A DNA stretch of 63,531 nucleotides, filler included, from 4 parts of 4 records of this genome joined end to end with filler, not necessarily neighbours in it; one strand, 5' to 3'. Positions 18,282-27,432 are shown, counted from the whole stretch's first letter. The notes: generated by a model not told the origin, from the letters alone. Made by a program: numbers and translations.

Positions 18282-18578
18282 ATGAGACACTGTAAGCGTA
18301 TCGAAATCGTGATTGAGGAACCCATGGCGCCCCGCCTGATGGAAATCCTGAGGGAGGTTGGTGTTCCGGGATATACCGCAATTTACGATGCCAGCGGAGA
18401 CGGCGACCGCGGGATCCGCCGTGCCGACGAACTGGCCGGCGACTCCAGCAATGCCCTGTTCATCATCGCCTGCGAGGACGATGACCTGGTAATGCGCATC
18501 GCCGAGGCCGTGCGACCCCTGCTGAGCCGCTCCGGCGGACTGTGCCTGGTCAGTGACGCGATGTCACTGATCCACTGA
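18282..18578 (+). CDS. sbtB: PII-like regulator of the SbtB type
   Basis: KRIEIVIE, GVPGYT, SGDGDRG.R and GLCLVSD; directly downstream of sbtA. Confidence 0.85.
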   Translation: MRHCKRIEIVIEEPMAPRLMEILREVGVPGYTAIYDASGDGDRGIRRADELAGDSSNALFIIACEDDDLVMRIAEAVRPLLSRSGGLCLVSDAMSLIH

Positions 18579-18703
18579 CCACGCGCCACCCGGACGGCGG
18601 CTCTGACCCAAGACCACTTCCCAGAACAGTAACTCCAACGGTCCCAAACGAGCATCGCGCAGACCGCCTGCACCCCTTCATCCGTGCATTGATAACCGCC
18701 CGG

Positions 18704-19612
18704 CTACGAGGCCTGGTCAGCCAGCTGCTGGCGGGTCCGCTCGATGATCTCGACGACCGCCGCATGCTTCAGCCGCCGCTCGGGCGATATGGCCACGTAG
18801 TCCTCCCGCAGCTCCGGGATATGGCCGATTGAACGGGCGTGATACATGCGTTCAATCTCCGGGGTAATCGCCGCTGGCGCGGGGAACACCCCGGCCCCTG
18901 CCTGGCCGAAGGCTTTCAGCAGGGCGCTGTCGTCAAACTCGGCGATGATCCGCGGCTGCACGTCGACCCGCTCGAACCAGTCATCGAGCTCCCTGCGCAA
19001 CTGGGTGCCGGGGGTAGGCAGCAGCATCGGTGCCCCGTCCAGGGACTGGGGAAACGATCGGCGATAGCGCGCGGCGTCACCTTCTGCCGAGAAGAAGCTC
19101 ACTGCGCTGCCTCCCATCCGGTGGTTGTAGGCTTTCACATTCATGCCCGCGGGGATGGGCCGATCCGAAATCAGCAGGTCGAGGCGGTGAACCGCAAGGT
19201 CCGCCAGCAGGCTTTCGAGCGAGGCCTCGCTGCACACTACCTTCACCGATTCGGCGGCCGTCAGGGCGGGTTCGAGAATGCGGTAGGCGATCAGCTTGGC
19301 GATGGAATTGACGATGCCCACATTCAGCACCGCGTGCGACCGTCCCTGGTGGCCGCGAACTACCCGGCTAAGTTCAGCACCGAGATGGAAGATGTCGTCC
19401 GCATAATGCTTGACCAGCCGCCCCGCGTCGGTCAGCACCAGGCCACGCCCGGCACGTTGGAACAGGGCTTCGCCAACCGCCTCGTCCAGCAGTTTCAACT
19501 GCCCGCTGATAGTCTGCGGGGTGATGTGCAGCACCTCGGAGGCCCGGGCGATACTGCCCTCATTGGCAACGGTCCAGAAGTAATGCAGATGGTTGTAATT
19601 CAGATGGCGCAT
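18704..19612 (-). CDS. nhaR: LysR-family activator, NhaR subfamily
   Basis: LNYNHLHYFWTVANEGSIARAS..LHITPQTISGQL, LADLAVHRLDL, FPQSLDGAPMLLP, AEFDDSALLKAFGQAG and YVAISPERRLKH. Confidence 0.85.
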   Translation of the reverse strand: MRHLNYNHLHYFWTVANEGSIARASEVLHITPQTISGQLKLLDEAVGEALFQRAGRGLVLTDAGRLVKHYADDIFHLGAELSRVVRGHQGRSHAVLNVGIVNSIAKLIAYRILEPALTAAESVKVVCSEASLESLLADLAVHRLDLLISDRPIPAGMNVKAYNHRMGGSAVSFFSAEGDAARYRRSFPQSLDGAPMLLPTPGTQLRRELDDWFERVDVQPRIIAEFDDSALLKAFGQAGAGVFPAPAAITPEIERMYHARSIGHIPELREDYVAISPERRLKHAAVVEIIERTRQQLADQAS

Positions 19613-19640
19613 GGAGCCTCCGTAATAAGCCGCTGTTACT

Positions 19641-19704
19641 TCGAGATATACGATGATAGGCGGAGAAAAGATCGACTGGACCTTATTATAGCCCGAGCTA
19701 TGCT
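19641..19704 (+). promoter_or_regulatory. LysR/NhaR-type operator (TCG-N7-CGA-N18-TCGA) with -10 box TATGCT in the nhaR/yccA divergent region
   Basis: TCGAGATATACGA (T-N11-A)...GAAAAGATCGA at 19641-19675 and TATGCT at 19699-19704. Confidence 0.65.
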
Positions 19705-19739
19705 AGCGCCGACCAGTACACCTCATGGAGGCATCCGCA

Positions 19740-20444
19740 ATGCACCTCGACAAACCACGCGCCGTGGCGACCACGGCAGATTTCCGCAGCGCTGATGCAA
19801 CAGCACTTGGCCGCGACGCCGGTGCCCAGCAGGTTTTGCGCAACACCTACCGCCTGCTGGCGATGACCCTGGCGTTCAGCGCCCTGATTGCGGGCATGAG
19901 CGCCGCGTTGAAGCTGCCCCACCCCGGCCTGCTGCTGACCCTGGGGGGCTATTTCGGCCTGTTGTTCCTGACCGCAAAATTGCGCAACAGCGCCTGGGGA
20001 TTGCTCAGCGTCTTCGCCCTGACCGGCTTCATGGGTTACACCCTGGGACCGCTGATTGCCGCCTACCTGGCCATGCCCGGCGGCTCGAACATCGTCGCCA
20101 CCGCAATGGGTACCACGGCCATCGTCTTCACTGGACTGTCCTGGTTTGCCAACAGCGGACTGGCACCGGACGTACGGCGCTACGGTAACTTCCTGATGAT
20201 CGGCATCCTGACCGCCTTCTGCCTGGGGCTCGCGGCCTACTTCTTCGCCATGCCGGCCCTGTCGCTCGCGGTCTCGGGACTGTTCGTGCTGCTGATGTCC
20301 GGGCTGATCCTGTACCAGACCCAGGACATCATCAACGGCGGCGAGCGTAACTACATCATGGCGACCGTGACCCTGTTCGTCGCCATCTACAACCTGTTTG
20401 CCAGCTTGCTGCAGCTGCTCGGCTTCTTCGGCGGCGAGGAGTAA
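19740..20444 (+). CDS. yccA: Bax inhibitor-1/YccA family membrane protein
   Basis: VLRNTYRLLAMTL, FALTGFMGYTLGP and IINGGERNYIMATVTLFVAIYNLF; GGAGG RBS. Confidence 0.9.
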   Translation: MHLDKPRAVATTADFRSADATALGRDAGAQQVLRNTYRLLAMTLAFSALIAGMSAALKLPHPGLLLTLGGYFGLLFLTAKLRNSAWGLLSVFALTGFMGYTLGPLIAAYLAMPGGSNIVATAMGTTAIVFTGLSWFANSGLAPDVRRYGNFLMIGILTAFCLGLAAYFFAMPALSLAVSGLFVLLMSGLILYQTQDIINGGERNYIMATVTLFVAIYNLFASLLQLLGFFGGEE

Positions 20445-20517
20445 CCGGCCTCGCCTGACGCGACGTTGCGCTAGTGCTAAAGTTATCAAGACCAAACCAC
20501 ACCCAAAGGAGAACTGA

Positions 20518-21231
20518 ATGTTGACCCTGCCCCGATCCATCCTGGCCGCAGCGGCATTTGCCGCCGCCGTCGCCCTGCCCATGACTGCCTCGGCAGACAA
20601 CCATGCCGGCGTGCAAACCCTGGCATCACAGTCAGAGCTCACGCCCGCCGCCGCCCTGGGCCTGCTCAAGGCCGGCAACGAGCGCTTCCTCAGCGGCACC
20701 ATGGCGGAACGCGACCTCAAAGCCCAGGTCGCGGCAACGGCGGGCGGCCAGTACCCGCACTCCATCGTATTGAGCTGTATCGACTCGCGGGTACCGCCGG
20801 AGCTGGTGTTCGACCAGGGCATCGGCGACATCTTTTCCCCCCGAGTAGCCGGTAACTTCGTCGATTCGGAATTGCTGGGCAGCATGGAGTTTGCCGCCGC
20901 CGTGGCCGGCTCCAAAGCCCTGGTGGTCCTTGGCCACACCGAGTGCGGCGCGGTTAAAGGTGCCTGCGACGACGTCAAGCTCGGCAACCTGACCAGCACC
21001 CTGAGCTATATCAAGCCCGCCGTGGACGCGGTGCAGGGCTTTGATGGCGAACGCAACTCCGGCAACAAGGCCTTCGTCGACGAGGTAACCCACGAAAACG
21101 TGCGTCAGACCGTCGACAACATCCTCAGCCAGAGCCCGGTACTCGCCGAACTGGTTAGCCGCGGCATGTTGGTCGTAGTTGGCGCTGTCTATGACGTCAG
21201 CACCGGCAAAGTAACCTTTATGGAAAGCTAA
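20518..21231 (+). CDS. Beta-class carbonic anhydrase with Sec-type signal peptide
   Basis: LKAGNERF, GQYP, Zn ligands C(IDSRV) and H(TEC)GAV, FDQGIGD, RVAGN and GAVYDVSTGKV; N-terminal MLTLPRSILAAAAFAAAVALPMTASA; AAGGAG RBS. Confidence 0.92.
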   Translation: MLTLPRSILAAAAFAAAVALPMTASADNHAGVQTLASQSELTPAAALGLLKAGNERFLSGTMAERDLKAQVAATAGGQYPHSIVLSCIDSRVPPELVFDQGIGDIFSPRVAGNFVDSELLGSMEFAAAVAGSKALVVLGHTECGAVKGACDDVKLGNLTSTLSYIKPAVDAVQGFDGERNSGNKAFVDEVTHENVRQTVDNILSQSPVLAELVSRGMLVVVGAVYDVSTGKVTFMES

Positions 21232-21243
21232 GACCGGTGCACC

Positions 21244-21273
21244 CCGGGGGCGGCGCAACGCCCCCGGACTTTT
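21244..21273 (+). terminator. Rho-independent terminator after the carbonic anhydrase gene
   Basis: CCGGGGGCG-gcgcaa-CGCCCCCGG stem-loop followed by ACTTTT. Confidence 0.7.
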
Positions 21274-21371
21274 CCCCCTGCTCCTGCGAAGCTGACCCCG
21301 CCAGCAACACCACACTGGCTAGGCTTCCCAGCCTGACTTAGAATGCGCCGCTGTCGCTTCAGGCCCCAACC

Positions 21372-23267
21372 ATGTCATTGCTCCGCCTAGATTCTGTCGA
21401 ACTGCACTACGGCACCCATGTCCTGCTGGACCAGGTCAGCCTCTCCATTGCCGCCGGCGACCGCCTCGGTCTGCTGGGACGCAACGGCGCCGGCAAGACC
21501 AGTCTGTTGAAGCTGCTCGCTGGCGACACCCAGCCCGACAGTGGTGAACGCTGGTTGCGCCCCGGTACCCGAATCGCCCGCCTGGAACAGGAACTGCCGG
21601 TTGCCGATGACACGACGGTTTACGATGCGGTGGCCTCCGGGCTGGCGGAAACCGGCGCGCTGATCAGCGCCTATCATCACCTGGCCCAGCAGGGCGCCGA
21701 TGCGGATATGGACGCCCTGGCGCGAGTCCAGCAACAGTTGGAAGACCGAGACGGATGGCGCCTGCAGCAGCGGGTGGAGACCACACTCAGCCAGTTACAG
21801 CTGCCCGCGGACGAACCGCTGGCGAGCCTGTCCGGCGGCTGGCGGCGGCGGGTTGCCCTGGGCCGCGCGCTGGTGGCCGAGCCGGACATCCTGTTGCTCG
21901 ACGAGCCCACCAACCATCTGGACATCCCGGCCATCGAATGGCTGGAAGACCAGTTACGCCAGTTCCCCGGCGCCCTGGTGCTGATTACCCACGACCGGCG
22001 CTTCCTGCAGAACGTGGTCACCAGCATCGCCGAGCTCGACCGGGGGCACCTGAGCCTGTGGCAGGGTGACTACGCCGGCTTCCTGCGCCACCGCGAGCAG
22101 GAACTCGCCGCGGAGGAACGGGCGAACGAGCTGTTCGACAAGAAGCTGGCCCAGGAGGAAACCTGGATCCGGCAGGGGATCAAGGCCCGGCGGACCCGCA
22201 ATGAGGGCCGGGTCCGGGCGCTGGAGGCGATGCGCCGAGAGCGCGCCGCGCGCCGTGAGCGCACCGGTGAGGCCGGCTTCGCCATCGAGGAGGCCAACCG
22301 CTCGGGCAAAATCGTGGCAGAGCTGGAACACGTCAACAAGGCCTTCGGCAGTACGGTGATCGCCCGGGACTTTTCCACCATCATCCAGCGCGGCGACCGG
22401 CTGGGCATCGTTGGACCCAACGGTGCCGGCAAATCAACCCTGGTGCGGTTGTTACTGGGCGAACTCACAGCCGACAGCGGCACCGTTACCCTTGGCAGCA
22501 AGCTGGAAGTGGCCTACTCCGACCAGCTGCGGGAGCAGCTCGACCCGGAGCGCAACCTGATCGACAACGTGTGCGGCGGCCAGGAGTTCATCGAGCTCAA
22601 CGGCAGGCGGCGGCACGCCATCTCCTACCTCGGTGACTTCCTGTTTTCCCCGGAGCGGGTGCGAACGCCGGTGAAGGCCCTGTCAGGCGGAGAGCGCAAT
22701 CGCGCGGTGCTGGCCAAGCTGTTCAGCAAACCGGCCAACCTGGTGGTGCTGGACGAACCCACCAACGACCTCGACATCGAGACCCTGGAACTGCTGGAGG
22801 AAATCCTGCTGGACTTCAAGGGGACCGTGATCCTGGTCAGCCACGACCGTGACTTCATGGACCACGTGGTAACCGGCCTGCTGGTACTCGCCGGCGACGG
22901 CGAGATCGAAGAACAGGCCGGCGGCTACAGCGACTGGGAAGCCCGGGGCGGGCGGCTCGGCACGTCGCAGGCAATCGGTGGCGAGAAAAGCGCTGCGCCG
23001 GATCCCGCGCCCGCAGCCCCTGAAAAAACCGCCGAGCCGGTGTCGCGCAAGCGCAAACTATCCTATAAGGACCAGCGGGAACTGGATGCCCTACCCGACC
23101 TGGTGGACAGCCTGGAGCAGCGCCAGACAGCGCTGGAACAGCTGATAGCCGCGCCGGCTTTCTACCAGCAGGACCACAGTGAGGTCGAAAGGACGCTGGC
23201 GGAGCTCACGACAGTGCAGGCCGAACTGGAACGCGCCCTGGAACGCTGGACCGAGCTGGAAGACTGA
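21372..23267 (+). CDS. uup: ABC-F family ATPase Uup
   Basis: Two ABC domains; EETWIRQGIKARRTRNEGRVRAL linker; C-terminal KLSYKDQRELDALP...LERWTELE. Confidence 0.93.
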   Translation: MSLLRLDSVELHYGTHVLLDQVSLSIAAGDRLGLLGRNGAGKTSLLKLLAGDTQPDSGERWLRPGTRIARLEQELPVADDTTVYDAVASGLAETGALISAYHHLAQQGADADMDALARVQQQLEDRDGWRLQQRVETTLSQLQLPADEPLASLSGGWRRRVALGRALVAEPDILLLDEPTNHLDIPAIEWLEDQLRQFPGALVLITHDRRFLQNVVTSIAELDRGHLSLWQGDYAGFLRHREQELAAEERANELFDKKLAQEETWIRQGIKARRTRNEGRVRALEAMRRERAARRERTGEAGFAIEEANRSGKIVAELEHVNKAFGSTVIARDFSTIIQRGDRLGIVGPNGAGKSTLVRLLLGELTADSGTVTLGSKLEVAYSDQLREQLDPERNLIDNVCGGQEFIELNGRRRHAISYLGDFLFSPERVRTPVKALSGGERNRAVLAKLFSKPANLVVLDEPTNDLDIETLELLEEILLDFKGTVILVSHDRDFMDHVVTGLLVLAGDGEIEEQAGGYSDWEARGGRLGTSQAIGGEKSAAPDPAPAAPEKTAEPVSRKRKLSYKDQRELDALPDLVDSLEQRQTALEQLIAAPAFYQQDHSEVERTLAELTTVQAELERALERWTELED

Positions 23268-23270
23268 GCC

Positions 23271-24458
23271 TTACTGTACCGCCTTGACCGCCTGCACCAG
23301 GGCATCGATATTGCGCGCGTTGATCCCGGCCACGTTGATCCGTGACGAATCCAGCATGTAGACGCTGTGCTCGGCCCGCAGGCGCTGCGCCTGCTCCGCA
23401 CTCAGGCCGAGAAACGAAAACATACCCTTCTCGTTGCGGATGAAACTGAAATCGCGATCAATGGCCGCCTGCAGCTTGTCGACCAGCTCCGCGCGCAGGC
23501 CGTTGATCCGCTCGCACATGCCGTGCAGCTCCGCACGCCAGCTCGCGCCCAGCGCCTCGTCAGCCAGCAGGCGCCCGGCAATCAGGGCGCCGTGGGCCGG
23601 GGGCATCGAGTAAACCCGGCGTGCCGCCACCGTGGCCTGGGATACCAGGGCCGAGGCATTCGCGCTGTCGCGACACAGGAACAAGGTGATGCCGGTGCGC
23701 TCCCGATACAGGCCCATATTCTTGGAGCAGGACGCGGCGACGATCATCTCCGGCAACTGCTCGGCCAGCAAGCGCAGTCCGGCGGCGTCCGCATCCAGGC
23801 CGTCACCCAGCCCCTGGTAAGCGATATCGATAAACGGCAGGAAACCCTGGGCCTGCGCCATGCTGCCAATGTCGCCCCACTGTTCCAGGCTCAGGTCCGC
23901 GCCGCAGGGGTTGTGGCAACAGCCATGCAGCAGCACCACGTCTCCGGCGCCCGCCTGCTTCAGGTCCTCGACCATACCGTCAAAGTCGACACCATGGGAG
24001 GCGGGATCGTAATAGCGATAGCTTTTGAACTGGAGCCCGACGCTGCCGAGCAGGGGGATATGCACGGGCCAGGTCGGGTCACTGACCCACACGGTGGCGC
24101 CCGGTCGGGCGGCATTGATGATCTCGGCGCCGATTCGCAGGGCACCGCAACCGCCCGGCGCCTGGATACTGGAAACGCGGTTGTCCCGCAGCGCGGCACT
24201 GTCCGCACCGAACACCAGCTGCCGCATCCCGCTATTGAACGCCTCGTCCCCCGCGGCCGGCATGTAGGCTTTGGTGGTTTCTTCATTGACCAGCGCGAGC
24301 TGGGCCTGGCGCACCGCCTCAAACACGGGGCAGACGCCAGCCTCGTTCATGTAAATACCGACGGTGAGATCCACCTTGTTCGGGTTCTTGTCGGCCCGGG
24401 CGATAGCCGCAAGGCCCAGAATCGGGTCAGGTGGTAACTGCTGCAAGGTGTCGAGCAT
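23271..24458 (-). CDS. Aspartate/aromatic amino acid aminotransferase (AspC/TyrB family)
   Basis: PPDPILGL, LHGCCHNPCG, DIAYQGLG, SCSKNMGLYRER, GMFSFLGL and SSRINVAG. Confidence 0.93.
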   Translation of the reverse strand: MLDTLQQLPPDPILGLAAIARADKNPNKVDLTVGIYMNEAGVCPVFEAVRQAQLALVNEETTKAYMPAAGDEAFNSGMRQLVFGADSAALRDNRVSSIQAPGGCGALRIGAEIINAARPGATVWVSDPTWPVHIPLLGSVGLQFKSYRYYDPASHGVDFDGMVEDLKQAGAGDVVLLHGCCHNPCGADLSLEQWGDIGSMAQAQGFLPFIDIAYQGLGDGLDADAAGLRLLAEQLPEMIVAASCSKNMGLYRERTGITLFLCRDSANASALVSQATVAARRVYSMPPAHGALIAGRLLADEALGASWRAELHGMCERINGLRAELVDKLQAAIDRDFSFIRNEKGMFSFLGLSAEQAQRLRAEHSVYMLDSSRINVAGINARNIDALVQAVKAVQ

Positions 24459-24472
24459 GGTAATAGGTCCTG

Positions 24473-25912
24473 TTACAGGTCAGCCAGCAGTGCCGTCAGG
24501 TACTGCCAGAAAGGGGTAACGGTGGCGATGTCCAAGCGTTCGGTGGGTGAATGCGCACCGCGGATGGTGGGGCCGAAGGAGAGGATATCCACCCCCGGTT
24601 TCTTGCTTTTGAGGATACCGCATTCCAGTCCTGCATGGATGGCCTTGACCGCGGGGCGGAAGCCGAACAGCTTATCGTGCACGGTAGATGCCTGCTCCAG
24701 CAGGGCACTGTCGAAGTCGGGCTGCCAGCCCGGGTATCCCGCTTGCGGCTCCAGGTGCAGGCCGTAGGCCATGGCCAGGCTTTCCACACCCTGCTGCAGC
24801 GGCAGGCTCTGGTCATAGTTGAAAAAGCGGAAGCTGGCTTCCAGGAACAGTTTGCCCTGGTCGAGACGCAGCACCGCAAGGTTGATGCTGAGGTCCGGTA
24901 AATCCGCCGGCTGCGCCAGGTTGTAGGCCTGTGCGCCGTGGGGAAAGGCCGATACCAGGCCTAGCACGTCCAGCGTATCGCGATGCGCCAGCGCCGCGGT
25001 CGCGTCCGCAGGCTCCAGCGTCAGGGTCAGCCCGTGATCAGCCGCGGGGAGATACCCCAGCCACTGCGCCTGCAGTTCACCCAGCTGCCGCCGGATAGCG
25101 GCTTCCGCCCCCGGTGCGGCACCGAACACCACCGTTGCCTCACGCGGGATCACATTGTGGGCGACGCCGGCATCAAAGCTGGCCAGGCGTGCGCCGCTGA
25201 CGCCGTGCAGGAACTGGGCCACCAGCTTGATCGCATTACCCAGCTGCTCATGAATCTGGATACCCGAGTGACCGCCGGCCAGGCCGCGCAGGCGCAGCTG
25301 CCAGAATTCTTCATCGCCGGCGCTGTCCGTATCGAACTCACGGGTAAATTCCCAGCCGCCGCCACCGGCGCAGCCGATGTACAGCTCATTCCAGTCCTCG
25401 GTATCGAGGTTGAGCATACGCTTGCCGGAGAGCAGGCCGCCATCAAGGTTGAGCGCACCGCCGAGCCCGGTCTCCTCGTCCACCGTGAACAGCAACTCCA
25501 GCGGCGGGCGAGACAGGGAGGTATCGGTCATCAGCGCCAGTGCCGCGGCGCAACCCACACCGTTATCGGCTCCCAGGGTCGTGCGATCCGCCAGCAGCCA
25601 GCCCTGTTCTACCTTCAGGTCCAGCGGCTGGCGGTGAAAATCGTGATCCTTGTCCTCGGTTTTCACGGTCACCATGTCCAGATGATTCTGGATGATGACC
25701 GGGTCTTCCTGCTCGCGCCCGCTGGAACCGGGCACCCTCACCACCAGGTTGCCCTCGGCATCCATCTCCCAGGCGCAGCCCAGGGCCTCGGCCTGGTCGA
25801 TAACGTACTGACGCACGGCGGCCTCCTCCTTGGAGGGGCGGGGAATCTGGGTGAACTGGTAAAAGTGCTCCCACAGGTGTGCGGGCTCAGAGGGATAGTG
25901 TTCGGGTTTCAT
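24473..25912 (-). CDS. pepD: Aminoacyl-histidine dipeptidase (M20)
   Basis: IPRPSKEE, QNHLDMV, TTLGADNGVG, FTVDEETG, GGHSG, IHAGLECG and GAHSP. Confidence 0.92.
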   Translation of the reverse strand: MKPEHYPSEPAHLWEHFYQFTQIPRPSKEEAAVRQYVIDQAEALGCAWEMDAEGNLVVRVPGSSGREQEDPVIIQNHLDMVTVKTEDKDHDFHRQPLDLKVEQGWLLADRTTLGADNGVGCAAALALMTDTSLSRPPLELLFTVDEETGLGGALNLDGGLLSGKRMLNLDTEDWNELYIGCAGGGGWEFTREFDTDSAGDEEFWQLRLRGLAGGHSGIQIHEQLGNAIKLVAQFLHGVSGARLASFDAGVAHNVIPREATVVFGAAPGAEAAIRRQLGELQAQWLGYLPAADHGLTLTLEPADATAALAHRDTLDVLGLVSAFPHGAQAYNLAQPADLPDLSINLAVLRLDQGKLFLEASFRFFNYDQSLPLQQGVESLAMAYGLHLEPQAGYPGWQPDFDSALLEQASTVHDKLFGFRPAVKAIHAGLECGILKSKKPGVDILSFGPTIRGAHSPTERLDIATVTPFWQYLTALLADL

Positions 25913-25977
25913 GCCGGGCTCCGGTACAGGGGCCGCGATTATACCGAAGCCCCGGGCGCCGCAAAATGATCGCGGAA

Positions 25978-27294
25978 CTACATAAAGGCAAACTTGGCGA
26001 GGAACACCAGCGCCAGGAACCAGGCTCCCGGAGTGATATCACGCCTGCGGCCCACACACAGCTTGATCGCCACGTAGCTGATAAAACCCACCGCAATGCC
26101 GTTAGCGATGGAAAAGGACAGCGGAATCATGACGATGGTGATCAGTGCCGGCACCACCTCGCTCATATCGGACCATTCCAATCCCTGCACGCCGGTCATC
26201 ATCAGCATGGCCACATAGACCAGGGCCCCGGCGGTCGCGTAGGCGGGCACCATCCCCGCCAGCGGGGCGAAGAAAATTGCCAGCAGGAACAGGATGCCAA
26301 CGGTCACCGCCGTCAGGCCCGTGCGCCCACCAGCAGCCACCCCCGCCGCACTCTCCACGTAACTGGTGACCGGGGCACAACCCAGGAACGCGCCGAGCAC
26401 GCTGGATGTACTGTCAGCCTTGAGAGCGCGATCCATGTTCTGGATGTTGCCGTCGCTGTCGATCAGGTTGGCCCGGCTGGCCACGCCCAGCAGGGTGCCG
26501 GCCGTATCGAACAGGTTGACGAACAGGAAGGCGATGATCACGCTGGTCATGGCAACGTCCAGGGCACCCATGATGTCCAGCTTGAACAGGGTCGGGGCCA
26601 GGCTCGGCGGCGCAGAAACCAGGCCGTTAAATGACACCAGGCCCTGAAACAGCGCTATCAGGGTCACCGAGAGAATTCCGATAATAATGGCGCCGTGAAT
26701 CTGGCGAATCGACAGGATGGCGATCAGCAGGAAGCCGATGCAGGCCAGCAAGGGAGCCGGCTGGGTCAGATCGCCGAGGGTGAGGAAGGTGGCATCGCTG
26801 GCGACGATAATGCCGCCGCTCTTGAGCCCGATAAAGCCGACAAACAGCCCGACGCCCGCACCCATGGCGATGCGCAGGTCCAGTGGAATACTGTCCAGCA
26901 TCCAGCGCCGTATCCGGGTCACGCTCATGATGACGAACAAGACCCCTGCCAGGAACACGGCACCCAGGGCCACCTCCCAGCTATAGCCCATGTCGGCGAC
27001 CACGGTATAGGTGAAGAAGGCGTTGAGCCCCATACCCGGTGCCAGGCCCACCGGCCAGTTGGCGTACAGGCCCATCAGCAGGCAGGCGAGTGCCGAGGCC
27101 AGGCAGGTGGCAACGAAGCTGGCCTGCTGGTCCATCCCCGCGGCCGCCATCATCTGCGGATTCACGAAAATGATATAGGCCATGGTGACAAAGGTGGTCG
27201 CGCCGGCAACCAGTTCGGTGCGCACATCGGTGCCGTGCTCGGCCAGCCTGAAAAACCGCCCGAGGGCGCCCTGCTCCAGAGATTGCTCTGCCAT
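25978..27294 (-). CDS. NCS2/AzgA-family purine (adenine/guanine/hypoxanthine) permease
   Basis: TELVAGATTFVTMAYIIFVNP, LAPGMGLNAFF, FDTAGTL, TSYVESAAGV..GGRTGL and FSIANGI. Confidence 0.92.
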   Translation of the reverse strand: MAEQSLEQGALGRFFRLAEHGTDVRTELVAGATTFVTMAYIIFVNPQMMAAAGMDQQASFVATCLASALACLLMGLYANWPVGLAPGMGLNAFFTYTVVADMGYSWEVALGAVFLAGVLFVIMSVTRIRRWMLDSIPLDLRIAMGAGVGLFVGFIGLKSGGIIVASDATFLTLGDLTQPAPLLACIGFLLIAILSIRQIHGAIIIGILSVTLIALFQGLVSFNGLVSAPPSLAPTLFKLDIMGALDVAMTSVIIAFLFVNLFDTAGTLLGVASRANLIDSDGNIQNMDRALKADSTSSVLGAFLGCAPVTSYVESAAGVAAGGRTGLTAVTVGILFLLAIFFAPLAGMVPAYATAGALVYVAMLMMTGVQGLEWSDMSEVVPALITIVMIPLSFSIANGIAVGFISYVAIKLCVGRRRDITPGAWFLALVFLAKFAFM

Positions 27295-27432
27295 GCTTCA
27301 GAAACCGCCCGTCGGTGAGTTCGCTGCGAAGCAGGCAGTTTACGCAATCGCTCCCCACCCGACTACATGCCGGGCCTTTTAAGCCGCGAGGCCTGTGCTA
27401 ATCTTGGGTTTTCCCCGGACCGATCACCGCTC

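Noticed and set aside
17265-21231. Autotrophic carbon-fixation (carboxysome) locus
   Set aside because: No RuBisCO, shell or cbb genes on this contig, and the regulator is NhaR-like rather than CbbR-like. Autotrophy elsewhere in the genome cannot be excluded.
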